From positions 1,184,001 to 1,248,000 of the forward strand of contig CAVZYA010000002.1 of assembly GCA_963779415.1 (NCBI GenBank): a stretch of 64,000 nt of DNA, written 5' to 3'. This document shows positions 1 through 10,020 of the stretch, piece after piece; within the stretch, counting starts at the first letter, position 1; each line of letters starts with the position of its first letter. The stretch is from an uncultured Acidobacteriota bacterium. GTDB lineage: Bacteria > Acidobacteriota > Thermoanaerobaculia > UBA5066. Under the pieces are notes generated by a model. That model was not told where the DNA came from. It saw only the letters and a list, made by a program, of their open reading frames with translations, and did no database searches. Made by a program: the position numbers and the translations under genes.

Positions 1-445
1 CGAAGCCGACCGAGTGGTGGTTGCGGCCCGTGATCAGCGCCGCCCGCGTCGGCGAGCAGAGGGCCGTCGAGTTGAAGTTCGTGTAGCGGAGGCCGCTGGC
101 CGCGATCCGGTCGAGTGCCGGCGTCGGGATGACTCCGCCGAACGTGCTCGGGACGCCATAGCCGGCGTCGTCGGTCATGATGAGAAGGATGTTAGGCGCG
201 CCCTTCGGGGGCACGACGCGCGCCGGCCAGTACGGAACCGAGCCCGCCGTCGTCCGCTCGATCTTGCCGCCGAACTTCTCCGGCGGCGCCGGAAGCTGCC
301 TGCCGTCGATCGTCGTCGTGGCGGCGGGGGAGCCGGGCGGGGCCGGCTGCTGCGCCGCGACTCTCCCTGGGGCGCAGAGTGCGGCAGAAATCGCGAGAGC
401 GACGATTGTCGTCATCCCGCGGGAGAAGAGTCGGGACGGAGCCAT
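1..445 (-). CDS. Arylsulfatase/sulfatase, N-terminal part (runs off the window edge)
   Basis: Manual minus-strand translation from ATG at 445: signal-like N-terminus, PNILLIMTDDAGYG, TPALDRIA, and the formylglycine motif LCSPTRAALITGR. Not in the ORF track because it has no stop in the window. Confidence 0.9.
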   Translation of the reverse strand, partial: MAPSRLFSRGMTTIVALAISAALCAPGRVAAQQPAPPGSPAATTTIDGRQLPAPPEKFGGKIERTTAGSVPYWPARVVPPKGAPNILLIMTDDAGYGVPSTFGGVIPTPALDRIAASGLRYTNFNSTALCSPTRAALITGRNHHSVGF

Positions 446-525
446 CGTTTTTTCTCCCTTCGCCTCGCGTGCGGCGAGCGATTACATTTCGGTAGTTCGA
501 GGAGAGTCTAACCCGGCGAATCGGG

Positions 526-3500
526 TCAGGTTTCTTCCGGACGCCGGCAGGGGCGGACGAGGCAGCGCCAGCGCCGGTCGTAGTGGAAGGCGCGGCCGAG
601 GGGGACGTCGCGGAAGGCGATGTGACGGGTCAGGACCTCGATGCCGAGGCCGCGAAGGCGCGCGCCGAGGTCGTCGAGAAAAGCCGTCATGAGACCGCGG
701 CCGCGGAGCGCCGCCGTGACGGCGACCCCGTCGAGCTGCGCGGAGGGCCCTCCCGGAAGCGAATAGGCGACCCCGGCGACGACACGCCCCTGATCGTCGA
801 GGGCCACGAGGAGCCGGCGCCCTTCCGAGTAGGCGCGCGGGACGCCCGACCGGACGAGAAGATGGACGAGCCGCCCCAGCTCCGCCGGGTCGATCGGGTC
901 GCGCACGGTATATCGCACGCCGATCCGGTCGGCGATGTGCGTCGTGGCGACGAGGTGCCGTCCCCCCTCGCCCACCGCGGCGAGAGCCACGCCCTGATCC
1001 GACGCGCCGCCGGGAAAGACGAGCCGGCCGAAGGCGAGGCGCTCCTCCGCGCTTCCGAGGGCCGCCTGGACGTCGGCCAGCTCCACCATCTCCGCCGGCC
1101 AGACTCCGGGCCGGTGGAGCATCGCGAGAAGGAGGGTGTCGAAGGCTTGCCGCGCCAGAAGGCCAGCCTGCGCGAAGGTGGTCTGCCGGTGGAGGTGGTA
1201 CCGGACGATCTCCGGGAAGCGGTCGAGGCGGTAGACGCGTTCGAGGCCGCGTGCCATCGCCTCGCGGGCGGAGAGGGGAGCGTCCGGCTCGAGGAGCTCC
1301 CACGCCTCGAACCGCTGGATCGCCGAGAGGAGCGGGAGAGGGGGATGGAAGGCGACTTCCAGCCGCTCCCTCTCGGCGCCGAGCTCCTCGGCGAGCGTAT
1401 GGGCGAGGCTTCCCGGCGCGTCGCGGCCGAGGACGCCGAGGAGATCGTCGAGGAAGAGACGCGCGCCGGCCAGACCGAGGGACTCCACGCAGGCGTCGGC
1501 GATCCACGAGCGCTTGAGCATCGTCCTCGAGCGCGGGTAGAGCGCGAACGTCTCCTCGAAGAAGTTCCGGACCATGGGTCCCACGAGCGACCAGGGGCCT
1601 TCGTACGGCCGATGCCCGGCGAGGGAGAGGAGGACGGTCCCCTCCCGGAAATCGTCGCGAGGGATGGCGACGTTCGCCGGCGAGACGGCCCCGGGGACGA
1701 GCCGCCGTCCGCTCGCTTCCCACGCGGAGAAGAACGCCGCGAGCGCCCGGACGAAGGGAGTGCGCCAGCGCGGCGATCCCGCCCCCTCCGGCACGGGCTG
1801 CTCCAGCTCCCAGAGCCGCATCGAGAGCGTCGGCTCGTCGACCCACCCCACCGACAGGGCCTCCAGCTCGGGCCGGAAGCCGCCGAAGGCGGGGACCACG
1901 GGCTCGCGGTCCGCCGGCGAAGCAAGAGCCTCCATCCAGAGCTTCGTCGCCCGGACGGCCTCGGCATCGAGGTCGTCTCCGATGATGAGGAGGAGGTCGT
2001 GATGCCGGCCGGAGACCGTGTTGATGCCGGCGCGGAAGAGCTGGTGCCGCCGCACGGTGGCGACCGGCGTGATCCAGATCCCGTCCGGGATCCAGCTCGT
2101 CGGGCTTCAAGGCGTCGCTGCACGCGAGTTCCAGCGCCTCCTCGAGAAAGCCGGTCCCTTCGAAGAGCCGCTCGATCCGGAGCCTCTCGCCCGAGGCGAG
2201 CCCTTCGTGGAAGGCGAGCTTCTCCCGGAACGAGGCACGCGAGGCGAGGCCCTGCTGGAACCACGCGGCCAGCTCGTCGAGCCGGGCGGCCGCGGTGCGC
2301 GCGAGGTGCGGATCGGATTCCTCGAGCGCCCACGAAGCCAGCTCCGACCGGACCGCCACGTAATCCTCGCGGTGGTTCCGGACGTGGTGGACGAGGAGCG
2401 TGAAGACGTCGGAGAGGAGGCCGGCCTGCGAGGAGGGGAGCGGCCGCGACAGGGCGACCCGGTAGCCGTGGAGACGCCGGCGCAGGGCGGTGAGCCGCTC
2501 GCCCGGCAGCCCTTCGCGCGCGATCCGCTCGATGCTCGCGGCGGAGAGGAACGGGAGCCCCGACTCGAGGAAGCTCTCCATCTCGGACGAGTCCCCAGGA
2601 GCCGGCGCGCCGAGGAGCAGGATGCGAAACGCGGCGCAGCGGACCTCGGCCGCCGGGTGGCGGGCGAGCGCCTCGAGCCTCCTCCGGATGGCCGTCCCGG
2701 TGGCGGGGTCGGCACGGCGGAGGCGCTCCTCGATCTCGGCGACGGCCTGGAGCGATTCCAGATCCCCGCCGAAAAGAGCCTCGCAGATCACCTGGTGGAA
2801 CGTCGCCAGCTCCGATGAGGCAATGCGGGCCCGCGCGGAGGGCCTGGCGAGCGAGCGGACGTCCTTCGGCAGTTTCACCCGGGGCGAGAAGGCGCCGAGC
2901 GGGAGATCCCACCCCCCCTTCAGCGGGCAGAAGGAGGCGAGCGCCGGGTTCCCCAGCCAGAGGAGAGGCTGATGGGCGAGGAGGCCGAGATCCACGACCT
3001 CCCCGGAGAGCGTGTAATCGAGATCGCCGATCCGGACCGTTCCCGGCTCCTCCGTCCGGCGCAGCGTCAGCGAGAGCCCCCGCCGCTCGTCGACGAGGGT
3101 GTCGTCCGCGTAGACGAGGTCTCCTTCCAGGATCCCGACGTCGCGGTGAAGCCAGCGCGGCACGCGGAGCGTGAGCCCCTTTCCTTCGAGCCGGACGGCC
3201 GTGCCGCGGTAGAGCGACGCGAGGACGTCGCGGAAGCTCTCTTCGATCGCCTTCCGCCGGTAGCTTCCCTTCGGCGTCAGCTCGCCCTGTTCGAGAGAGA
3301 AATCGCGGTCCAGAACGGAGAAGCCGACGACACGCTCGTGCGGCGCGAGATCGAGGTTCGCCTCGGCGACAATGCGCGCGTAATAATCGGTCCGGTTCTC
3401 CTCGGAGGCGAGGTCGGCGAGGATCGGCGCCTCGGGCTCCGGGACGATCAGGAGGACGTTGTCGTCCCGGCCGTCGCCGGCCAGAAACGTCCTGCATACG

Positions 3501-5164
3501 CCGGGGACTCCCTCGAAGAGCTGCTCCACGCGGCGCGGCGCCACCGTCTGCCCGCGGCTGTTCTTGTAGATGTCCTTGACGCGGTCGACGATCTCGAGAT
3601 ACCCGCTGGGCCGCGCGCGGAAGATGTCCCCCGTCCCGATCCACCGCTCCTCGCCCGGCGCGGGGGGCGGAGATCCCAGTTCGCGAGCGACGTACGGGCC
3701 CGAGATCTCCATCTCTCCGGTTTCGGCGAGACGGACGTGGATGCCGGGGAGCGGGATGCCGACGGTGCCGTCCTCGTATTCGCCGGGGGGCGTCATCGTG
3801 ATGCCGCCGGTTGCCTCCGTCATCCCGAAGCCGCTCGAGAGGGAGACGCCGCCCCGCTGGAAGAAGCGGAAGACCGCCGGCTCGAGGAATCCGGCCGCCG
3901 AGAGCCCCCACGCGAGCCGCCCGCCGGTGATCTCGCGGATCGCGGCGGCCTCCTCCTCCGCTCCGCCCCCCGCGCCGGCCCGCCGCTGGCACCTCTGGAA
4001 GAGCTGCTGCCAGCGCGCCGGGATGCTGATGAGCCCCGTCGGCCGGACCAGACGCAAGCCGGCGAGAAGCGTCTCTAGCGACGGGTTTCCGGCGAAGACG
4101 TACGTTCCGCCCCAGAACATCATCCCGAGAAGCTCCAGATAGCGCCCGAACGTGTGGCAGAGCGGCAGGAAGGAGAGAAGCAGCTCCCCCTCGCCGACGA
4201 ACGGGAGAGCGGCTGCGCGGGCGAAGCGCTTCGTCAGGAGATTGAACGGCGTGAAGGCGAATCCTTTCTGGGCGCCTGTGCTCCCGGAGGTGAAGAGGAC
4301 GGTCGCGGCGTCGTCGGGACCGAAGGAGGTGAGGGTTCGAAGAACGCCGTCGATCTCGTCAGCGCCGCGCCTTCCGACCTCCTCGCCGAGAACGGCCGCG
4401 TCTCCGCGCTTCAGGCGTGCGGCCGCGTCGAGGAGAACGGGCCGGAGGGTTCCCGGAAGACGGGCCGCGGCCGCCTCCACCTTCGCGAGCTGCTCCTCCG
4501 TGTCGACGACGACGAGGGTCGCGCCGAGCCTTGCGAGAATCGGCGTCAGCTCGGCTTCGGTCAGGTGCGGGGCGAGAGGCGAGACGAAGATTCCGTGAAC
4601 GAGGCAGGCGAGATCGCAGCAGGCGGCCTCGAGGCTGTTTTCCGCGACGATCGCGACCCGCGCCGGGGGGCCCGGAAGACCCGCGAGCGCCGCCGCGACG
4701 CCTCGCAGGCGCCGCGCGGTCTGGGCATAGGTCCACCGAGGCGCCTCGGGACGGGGCGAGCCCTGGAGGAAGACCCGCTCGGGATGGGAGGCGATGCGCT
4801 GGGAGAGGAGCGTCGCGAGGGAATATCCCGAGGCGCGGATCGCGCCGAACGTCGTCTCGGCCCAGCGCGTCCGCGCCGCGGCGTCGGGGAGGGCCAGAAG
4901 GAATTCGCGGCGGCGCGTCTCATCCAGATACCGATGCCACGACGGGGACGGGACCGCGCCGTCCGCGAGGGCGCGCTCCGCGGCGGCGACGAGCGCCAGA
5001 GCCGCTTCGGGGGAGACCGGCGTCGCGCCGTCCAAGGGAGCCAATCGGTCGAGGCCGTCCGCGACCGGGTCCGCTCGCTCGAGCAACGCGGCTTCGGAGC
5101 GCTCCACGGCATACCTCCGCCCGCGCCGCCTCAACCGGATCGGCACGCGGGGCCGTGAGGTCAA
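526..5164 (-). CDS. Long-chain acyl-CoA synthetase (AMP-binding) fused to a C-terminal GNAT acetyltransferase-like domain, about 1545 aa, one frameshift near 2088
   Basis: Adenylation motifs FTSGSTGAQKG, GFGMTE, TGDIF, DRVKDIYK, LTPKGSYRRK in ORF 482..5164. Removing one base at about 2087-2089 joins it to ORF 526..2055, which ends in GNAT motif A (VAVTAALRGRGLMTAFL). Confidence 0.8.
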
Positions 5165-5207
5165 TATCCGCCCCCGGGACGGGGAAATCCATGGTTCCGA
5201 TGCGTTC

Positions 5208-5216
5208 TGCTATACT
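5208..5216 (+). promoter_or_regulatory. Extended -10 promoter element for the RRM gene
   Basis: TGCTATACT (TGn-TATACT) in an AT-richer intergenic patch, about 135 nt upstream of the RRM start. Confidence 0.5.
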
Positions 5217-5349
5217 TTTTTCGTTCGCCCTTCCTGAGATGACGGAGCGGACCAGAGACCGAAAGGTCCCCGTCGACCTTCCCTTGTACCTCCCCACCCT
5301 CACCAGACCCGCTCCCGTCCCTCCGGACGGGCGTTTAACGAAGGAACCC

Positions 5350-5643
5350 ATGAAGCTCTACGTAGGAAACCTCTCGTACTCCCAGAACGACTCCACCCTT
5401 CGCGCTCTCTTCGAGCCTTTCGGCAATGTCGAGTCCGCCCGCGTGATCACCGACCGCGACAGCGGCGGCTCCAAGGGCTTCGGCTTCGTCGAGATGTCCG
5501 ACGCCGATGGCCAGAAGGCCATGGGCGCCTTGAACGGCCGCGAGCAGGACGGCCGCGCCCTCCGGGTCAACGAAGCCCGGCCGCAGGAGAGCCGCACCGG
5601 CGGCGGTGGCGGCGGCTTCCGCGGCGGCCGCAACCGCTACTGA
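5350..5643 (+). CDS. RNA-binding protein (single RRM, Gly/Arg-rich tail)
   Basis: MKLYVGNLSY (RNP2), SKGFGFVEM (RNP1), GRALRVNEARP, RGG tail; AAGGA SD before ATG at 5350. Confidence 0.95.
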   Translation: MKLYVGNLSYSQNDSTLRALFEPFGNVESARVITDRDSGGSKGFGFVEMSDADGQKAMGALNGREQDGRALRVNEARPQESRTGGGGGGFRGGRNRY

Positions 5644-5672
5644 TTCCAATCCGTTTTCCGGAGCGATCCTCC

Positions 5673-5706
5673 CGGGCCGGGCTCTCACCCGGCCCGTTTC
5701 TTTCTT
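5673..5706 (+). terminator. Rho-independent terminator
   Basis: CGGGCCGGG-ctctca-CCCGGCCCG perfect 9-bp stem followed by TTTCTTTCTT, just after the RRM stop. Confidence 0.8.
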
Positions 5707-5712
5707 GAGAAG

Positions 5713-6369
5713 CTACTTCGTCGAGAAGCGCTTTTCGAGATCCTTTATTTTCGCCTCGAGGGCCGCGAGCTTCTCCTGGAGCCGCTCCATCTGAGCCTCG
5801 AAGTGGTCGTGGTCGAACTCGGGGATCCGGAAATCCCAGCCGTGAGGGCCCCACTCGCCCATTCGGATCTCCCGGGTCGAACCCTTGCGAGCGGCGAGAG
5901 GGACCTCCAGCGTGGCCGGTGTCCTGTCGCGAACGATGGCGAGAGAAAGCTTCTGGCCCTCCTCGGTTCTCCGGACGGCGTGCGAGAGGTCGGAGGCGCG
6001 TTCGACGCTCCTTCCGCCGGCCTTCGTGACGATGTCGCCGACCTTGAGGCCGGCCTTGGCGGCCGGGCTCCCTTCCTCCACCGACGCGATCATCACGCCG
6101 GCGTCGCGCGGAGCGCCGAAATGCTCGCGCAGCTCCGGGCTCAGGTCGGTGAGCTGGACGCCGAGGAACGTCCGTGGCCCGGTGACGATCCGGACGACGG
6201 CCGGCCCGTCGCCGGGCTCTTCACCCTCATCGATCGCGGCGGGCGGAGAAGGCGGATCGGGAGGGGCGGGAGGCTTCGGAGCCTTCGGCGGAGTGGCTCC
6301 GAGGGGAACGGCGGCGAGGAGAAGTGCGGCGAGAACGAGGAGGCCGGGACGGCGAGAAACGTGGATCAT
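5713..6369 (-). CDS. Exported PDZ-domain protein with C-terminal coiled coil
   Basis: Signal peptide, FLGVQLTDLSPELREHFG, VEEGSPAAKAGLKVGDIV (HtrA-type PDZ); no protease domain. Confidence 0.85.
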   Translation of the reverse strand: MIHVSRRPGLLVLAALLLAAVPLGATPPKAPKPPAPPDPPSPPAAIDEGEEPGDGPAVVRIVTGPRTFLGVQLTDLSPELREHFGAPRDAGVMIASVEEGSPAAKAGLKVGDIVTKAGGRSVERASDLSHAVRRTEEGQKLSLAIVRDRTPATLEVPLAARKGSTREIRMGEWGPHGWDFRIPEFDHDHFEAQMERLQEKLAALEAKIKDLEKRFSTK

Positions 6370-6493
6370 GCTCCCTCCGCGGGCGGCCGGCGGCTGCCCG
6401 GTTCATGTAGGGAGACGCGCGGCGGCGCGAAGGGTTACGGTGGGACGCGGGCAGAGGTTCGGATAACAATTCGTGCTACGGTTGGGGTCGGCC

Positions 6494-6790
6494 ATGAAGG
6501 AAGACCCGCCTCCGAGGAAGTGTTACCTCTGCGCACGCCCGGCGTCGTTTCCTGCGTGGGAGAGCGCCGAGGGGAACAACCGCTCTCCCTTTCTCGTCGA
6601 CTGCGGCGAGTGCGGGAACTACGGCATCACGGAGGAGGCGGTGAGCCGGCTCGAGATCCGGCCGCAGGCGCGCTCCGGGGTCCGGTTCGAGATCTTCCGC
6701 CTTCGCAGCCTCGCGAATCCGCGGCCGACGGTCGACCTGAAGATCGTCGAGCACTTCTCGATGGGATTCACGCCGCTGCCGGGGGGCTGA
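6494..6790 (+). CDS. Small zinc-ribbon hypothetical protein
   Basis: CYLC...CGECGNYGI (two CxxC pairs), 98 aa, plausible codon usage. Confidence 0.6.
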   Translation: MKEDPPPRKCYLCARPASFPAWESAEGNNRSPFLVDCGECGNYGITEEAVSRLEIRPQARSGVRFEIFRLRSLANPRPTVDLKIVEHFSMGFTPLPGG

Positions 6791-7003
6791 GCGCCCCAGC
6801 AAGCGACGCCGACGCGAAGCTCCACCCGAAGGCGCCGAAGACGGGCTGAGATTGTCGTCGAGGACACGGCGAACGAGCTGCAGTTCCTCTTCTCGCAGCT
6901 CGGGATGACATCGACGTCGTGAGCGGGGAAGCTGAGAAGGCGTCGGTGGTCGTGATCGATTCCCTCTGGCGAGACGGATAGAATCTCACTCATAGGAATC
7001 CAG

Positions 7004-9853
7004 GTGAGCCTGCTTCCCGGTACGCGCCTCGGCCGCTACGAGATTCTCTCGCGCCTGGGGTCTGGAGGGATGGGTGAGGTGTACCGTGCGCGGGATACGC
7101 GGCTCGGACGCGACGTGGCCGTCAAGGTGCTGCCGGAGAAGTTCGCCCTTGAGCCGGAGCGGCTGCGGCGCTTCGAGGGAGAGGCCCGCGCCGCTTCCTC
7201 TCTGTCCGATCCGCACATCGTAACTGTCTTCGATGTGGGCGAAGCGGAGGGCGTTCATTTCTTCGCCTGCGAGCTCGTCGACGGCTCCGACCTTCGGCAC
7301 CTGCTGGAGGAAGGCCCGTGGCCGGTCCGGAAAGCGTCCGATCTCGCCGAGCAGATCGCCTCCGGCCTCGCGGCGGCGCACGAGAAGGGAATCGTTCACC
7401 GCGACCTGAAGCCGGAGAACATCCTGGTCTCAACGTCGGGGCTCGTGAAGATCGCGGATTTCGGCCTGGCGAAGCTGATGGAATCGAGCTCCGCGGCAGC
7501 CTCCCAGCTCCCGACCTCCGACGGACACCAGACCACGGCCGGGGTCATCATGGGGACCGTTGCGTACATGTCGCCGGAGCAGGTGCGCGGCCAGGCCGTC
7601 GACCACCGCTCCGACATCTTCTCGTTCGGGGCGGTTCTCTACGAGCTGCTGACGGCGCACAAGGCGTTCGAGCGGGGCACGGCCGCCGAGACGATGGCCG
7701 CCATCCTGAAGGAGGACCCGCCAGAGCTGTCGAGCGCTGATCGGACGATCCCTCCTTCGCTCGCGCGCGTGGTGGAGCATTGCCTCGAGAAGCCCCCGGA
7801 GAACCGGTTTCAGTCGTTGCGTGACGTCGTCTTTGCTCTCAGGGAGGCGGGATCGCAGCCGGTCGGCAGCGGGCCGCAAGTGCCGCCCGCCACGGCGGGA
7901 ACCTCGAGGCTCGTCGGCAGCGTTTTCAGGCGAATCGGCCTGGCGGTGGCCGCCGTGGCGCTCCTGGCAGGCGGCGCGGCACTGCTCCTTTTCTCCCGCC
8001 GAGCGCCGGCGCTGACGGAAAAGGACACGATTCTGCTGGCGGACGTGGTCAACACCACGGGAGACGCCGTGTTCGACGGGACTCTCAAGCAGGCACTCGC
8101 CACGACGCTGGGGCAGTCTCCTTACCTGAACATCTTCCCCGACACACAGGTTCGCGACACGCTGCGTTACATGGATCGCTCGCCGGACGAGCGGGTCACG
8201 AGGGAGATCGCCCGCGAGATCTGCGAGCGCCGGGGGATCAAGGCCATGCTTCTCGGTTCCATCGTGAGCCTGGGGAGCCACTACGTGATCACGCTGGAGG
8301 CGTTGAATGCCCGCACGGGCGACGCCCTGGCCCGGGAGCAGGCTGAGGCGGCGACCAAGGAGCAGGTGCTCACGACGATCGACCAGGCTGCGACGAGGCT
8401 GCGCAAGCACCTCGGTGAGTCGCTGGCGTCGATCAAGAAATTCGACACGCCGCTCGTGCAGGCGACGACGTCCTCGCTCGAGGCCCTGAAAGCCTACACG
8501 CTCGGGCGTCAGGAGGGCCTGGCGGGCCGGTTTGCCGAATCGATCCCGCTGCTCAAGCGGGCGGTGGAGCTCGATCCGAACTTCGCCATGGCCTACGTCA
8601 ATCTCGCCGTGTCGTGCTCGGACCTCGACGATGCAGTCGGCGAAAGCGTTCGCTTCGCAACGAAGGCGTTCGAGCTGCGGGATCGAGTCACCGACCGCGA
8701 GCGGCTGGCGATCAGTTCCCTCTACTACATGATCGTGACGGGGGAACTGGACAAATGGATCCAGACGGACGAATTGTCCACGCGAACCTACCCGCGTGAT
8801 CAAGGGCAAGGGCTGCGCAGCAATCTGGCGTTCGGGTACATCTGCGTCGGTGACTACGAAAGGGCTGTCGAACAGGCGAGCGAGGGGATCCGGATCAGCC
8901 CGGACGTGGCGATGCTCTACAGCAATCTCGGATGGGCGTACCGCGCGCTCGGCCGTTACGACGAGGCGAAAGCGACCTTCGAGCAGGCGCACGCGCGCAA
9001 GCTCGATTACGAAATGATGCATTACAACCTGTACCTGATGGCTTTCGCCCAGGGCGACCGTCCCGGCATGCAGCGCGAGGTCGAGTGGGCCGCCGGAAAG
9101 CAGCCGCAAGAGGCGCTCATCCTCGGGCTGCAGGCCGATACCCAGACGTTCGCCGGGCGATTCCGACAGGCGGAAGCGACGGTCAGGCAGGCGGTCGAGC
9201 TTTACCGACGTCAGGACCTGAAGGGGAAGGTACGTGAGCTTCTCGTCGACACGGCAGTGAAATATGCGTTCGCAGGCGACTGCGATCGGGCACGAAGAGA
9301 TGCGGCGAGCGCAGTGGCCATGTGGGACGGTGCCAACCCCGGCGATGCGGAGTCCGTCCTCGGTCCGGCGGCAATCAGCCTTGCGCTCTGCGGAGAGATC
9401 TCGCGGGCGGAGGCGATTCTCGGAGACCTCGTCAGGCTGCAACCAACCGATACGGTCGTCCACGCGCGGGATGTCCCGATCGTCCGTTCGGTCATCCAGA
9501 TGGAGCGAGGGCATCCGGACGAAGCGATTCATCTGCTGCAGAAGACGAAGCGCTACGAAAGGGGGCAATTCTGGGCGTTCTGGCCGCAGTACGTTCGCGG
9601 CCAGGCGTACCTGCGGCGGGGATCAGGCAACGAGGCGGCCTCGGAGTTTCAGGCCATCCTCGATCACCGGAGCCTCTCCCCCGCGGATATCCTGTTTCCG
9701 CTGTCATATCTCGGGCTCGCGAGGGCGGCCGTCCTCGCGGGCGACGCCGCGAAGAGCCGAAAGGCCTACCAGGACTTTTTCGCCCTCTGGAAAGACGCCG
9801 ACCCGGAGATCCCCGTCCTCAAGCAGGCGAGGCGCGAGTACGAGCGGCGCTGA
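7004..9853 (+). CDS. Hanks-type Ser/Thr protein kinase with TM helix and TPR repeats
   Basis: LGSGGMGEVY, VAVK, HRDLKPEN, DFGLAK, GTVAYMSPEQ; TM segment; C-terminal TPRs. Confidence 0.95.
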   Translation: MSLLPGTRLGRYEILSRLGSGGMGEVYRARDTRLGRDVAVKVLPEKFALEPERLRRFEGEARAASSLSDPHIVTVFDVGEAEGVHFFACELVDGSDLRHLLEEGPWPVRKASDLAEQIASGLAAAHEKGIVHRDLKPENILVSTSGLVKIADFGLAKLMESSSAAASQLPTSDGHQTTAGVIMGTVAYMSPEQVRGQAVDHRSDIFSFGAVLYELLTAHKAFERGTAAETMAAILKEDPPELSSADRTIPPSLARVVEHCLEKPPENRFQSLRDVVFALREAGSQPVGSGPQVPPATAGTSRLVGSVFRRIGLAVAAVALLAGGAALLLFSRRAPALTEKDTILLADVVNTTGDAVFDGTLKQALATTLGQSPYLNIFPDTQVRDTLRYMDRSPDERVTREIAREICERRGIKAMLLGSIVSLGSHYVITLEALNARTGDALAREQAEAATKEQVLTTIDQAATRLRKHLGESLASIKKFDTPLVQATTSSLEALKAYTLGRQEGLAGRFAESIPLLKRAVELDPNFAMAYVNLAVSCSDLDDAVGESVRFATKAFELRDRVTDRERLAISSLYYMIVTGELDKWIQTDELSTRTYPRDQGQGLRSNLAFGYICVGDYERAVEQASEGIRISPDVAMLYSNLGWAYRALGRYDEAKATFEQAHARKLDYEMMHYNLYLMAFAQGDRPGMQREVEWAAGKQPQEALILGLQADTQTFAGRFRQAEATVRQAVELYRRQDLKGKVRELLVDTAVKYAFAGDCDRARRDAASAVAMWDGANPGDAESVLGPAAISLALCGEISRAEAILGDLVRLQPTDTVVHARDVPIVRSVIQMERGHPDEAIHLLQKTKRYERGQFWAFWPQYVRGQAYLRRGSGNEAASEFQAILDHRSLSPADILFPLSYLGLARAAVLAGDAAKSRKAYQDFFALWKDADPEIPVLKQARREYERR

Positions 9854-10020
9854 GCGGACATGGCCGACCACCCGGAATGGCTCCCCGGACCTCCCTCGCC
9901 GCAAGTCCCTAGAAATTCATCGCTTCGGGACCTTCAGAGGCGGGGATGATTCATCTGCCTCGTTCCCCTGCGAGGCCGGAAATCCTAGATTGTGGAAGGC
10001 GTTAGGGGGGCCCCGTCGAA

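Noticed and set aside
6791-7003. Possible small gene or RNA between the zinc-ribbon ORF and the kinase
   Set aside because: No recognisable motif, start context or structure that I can support.
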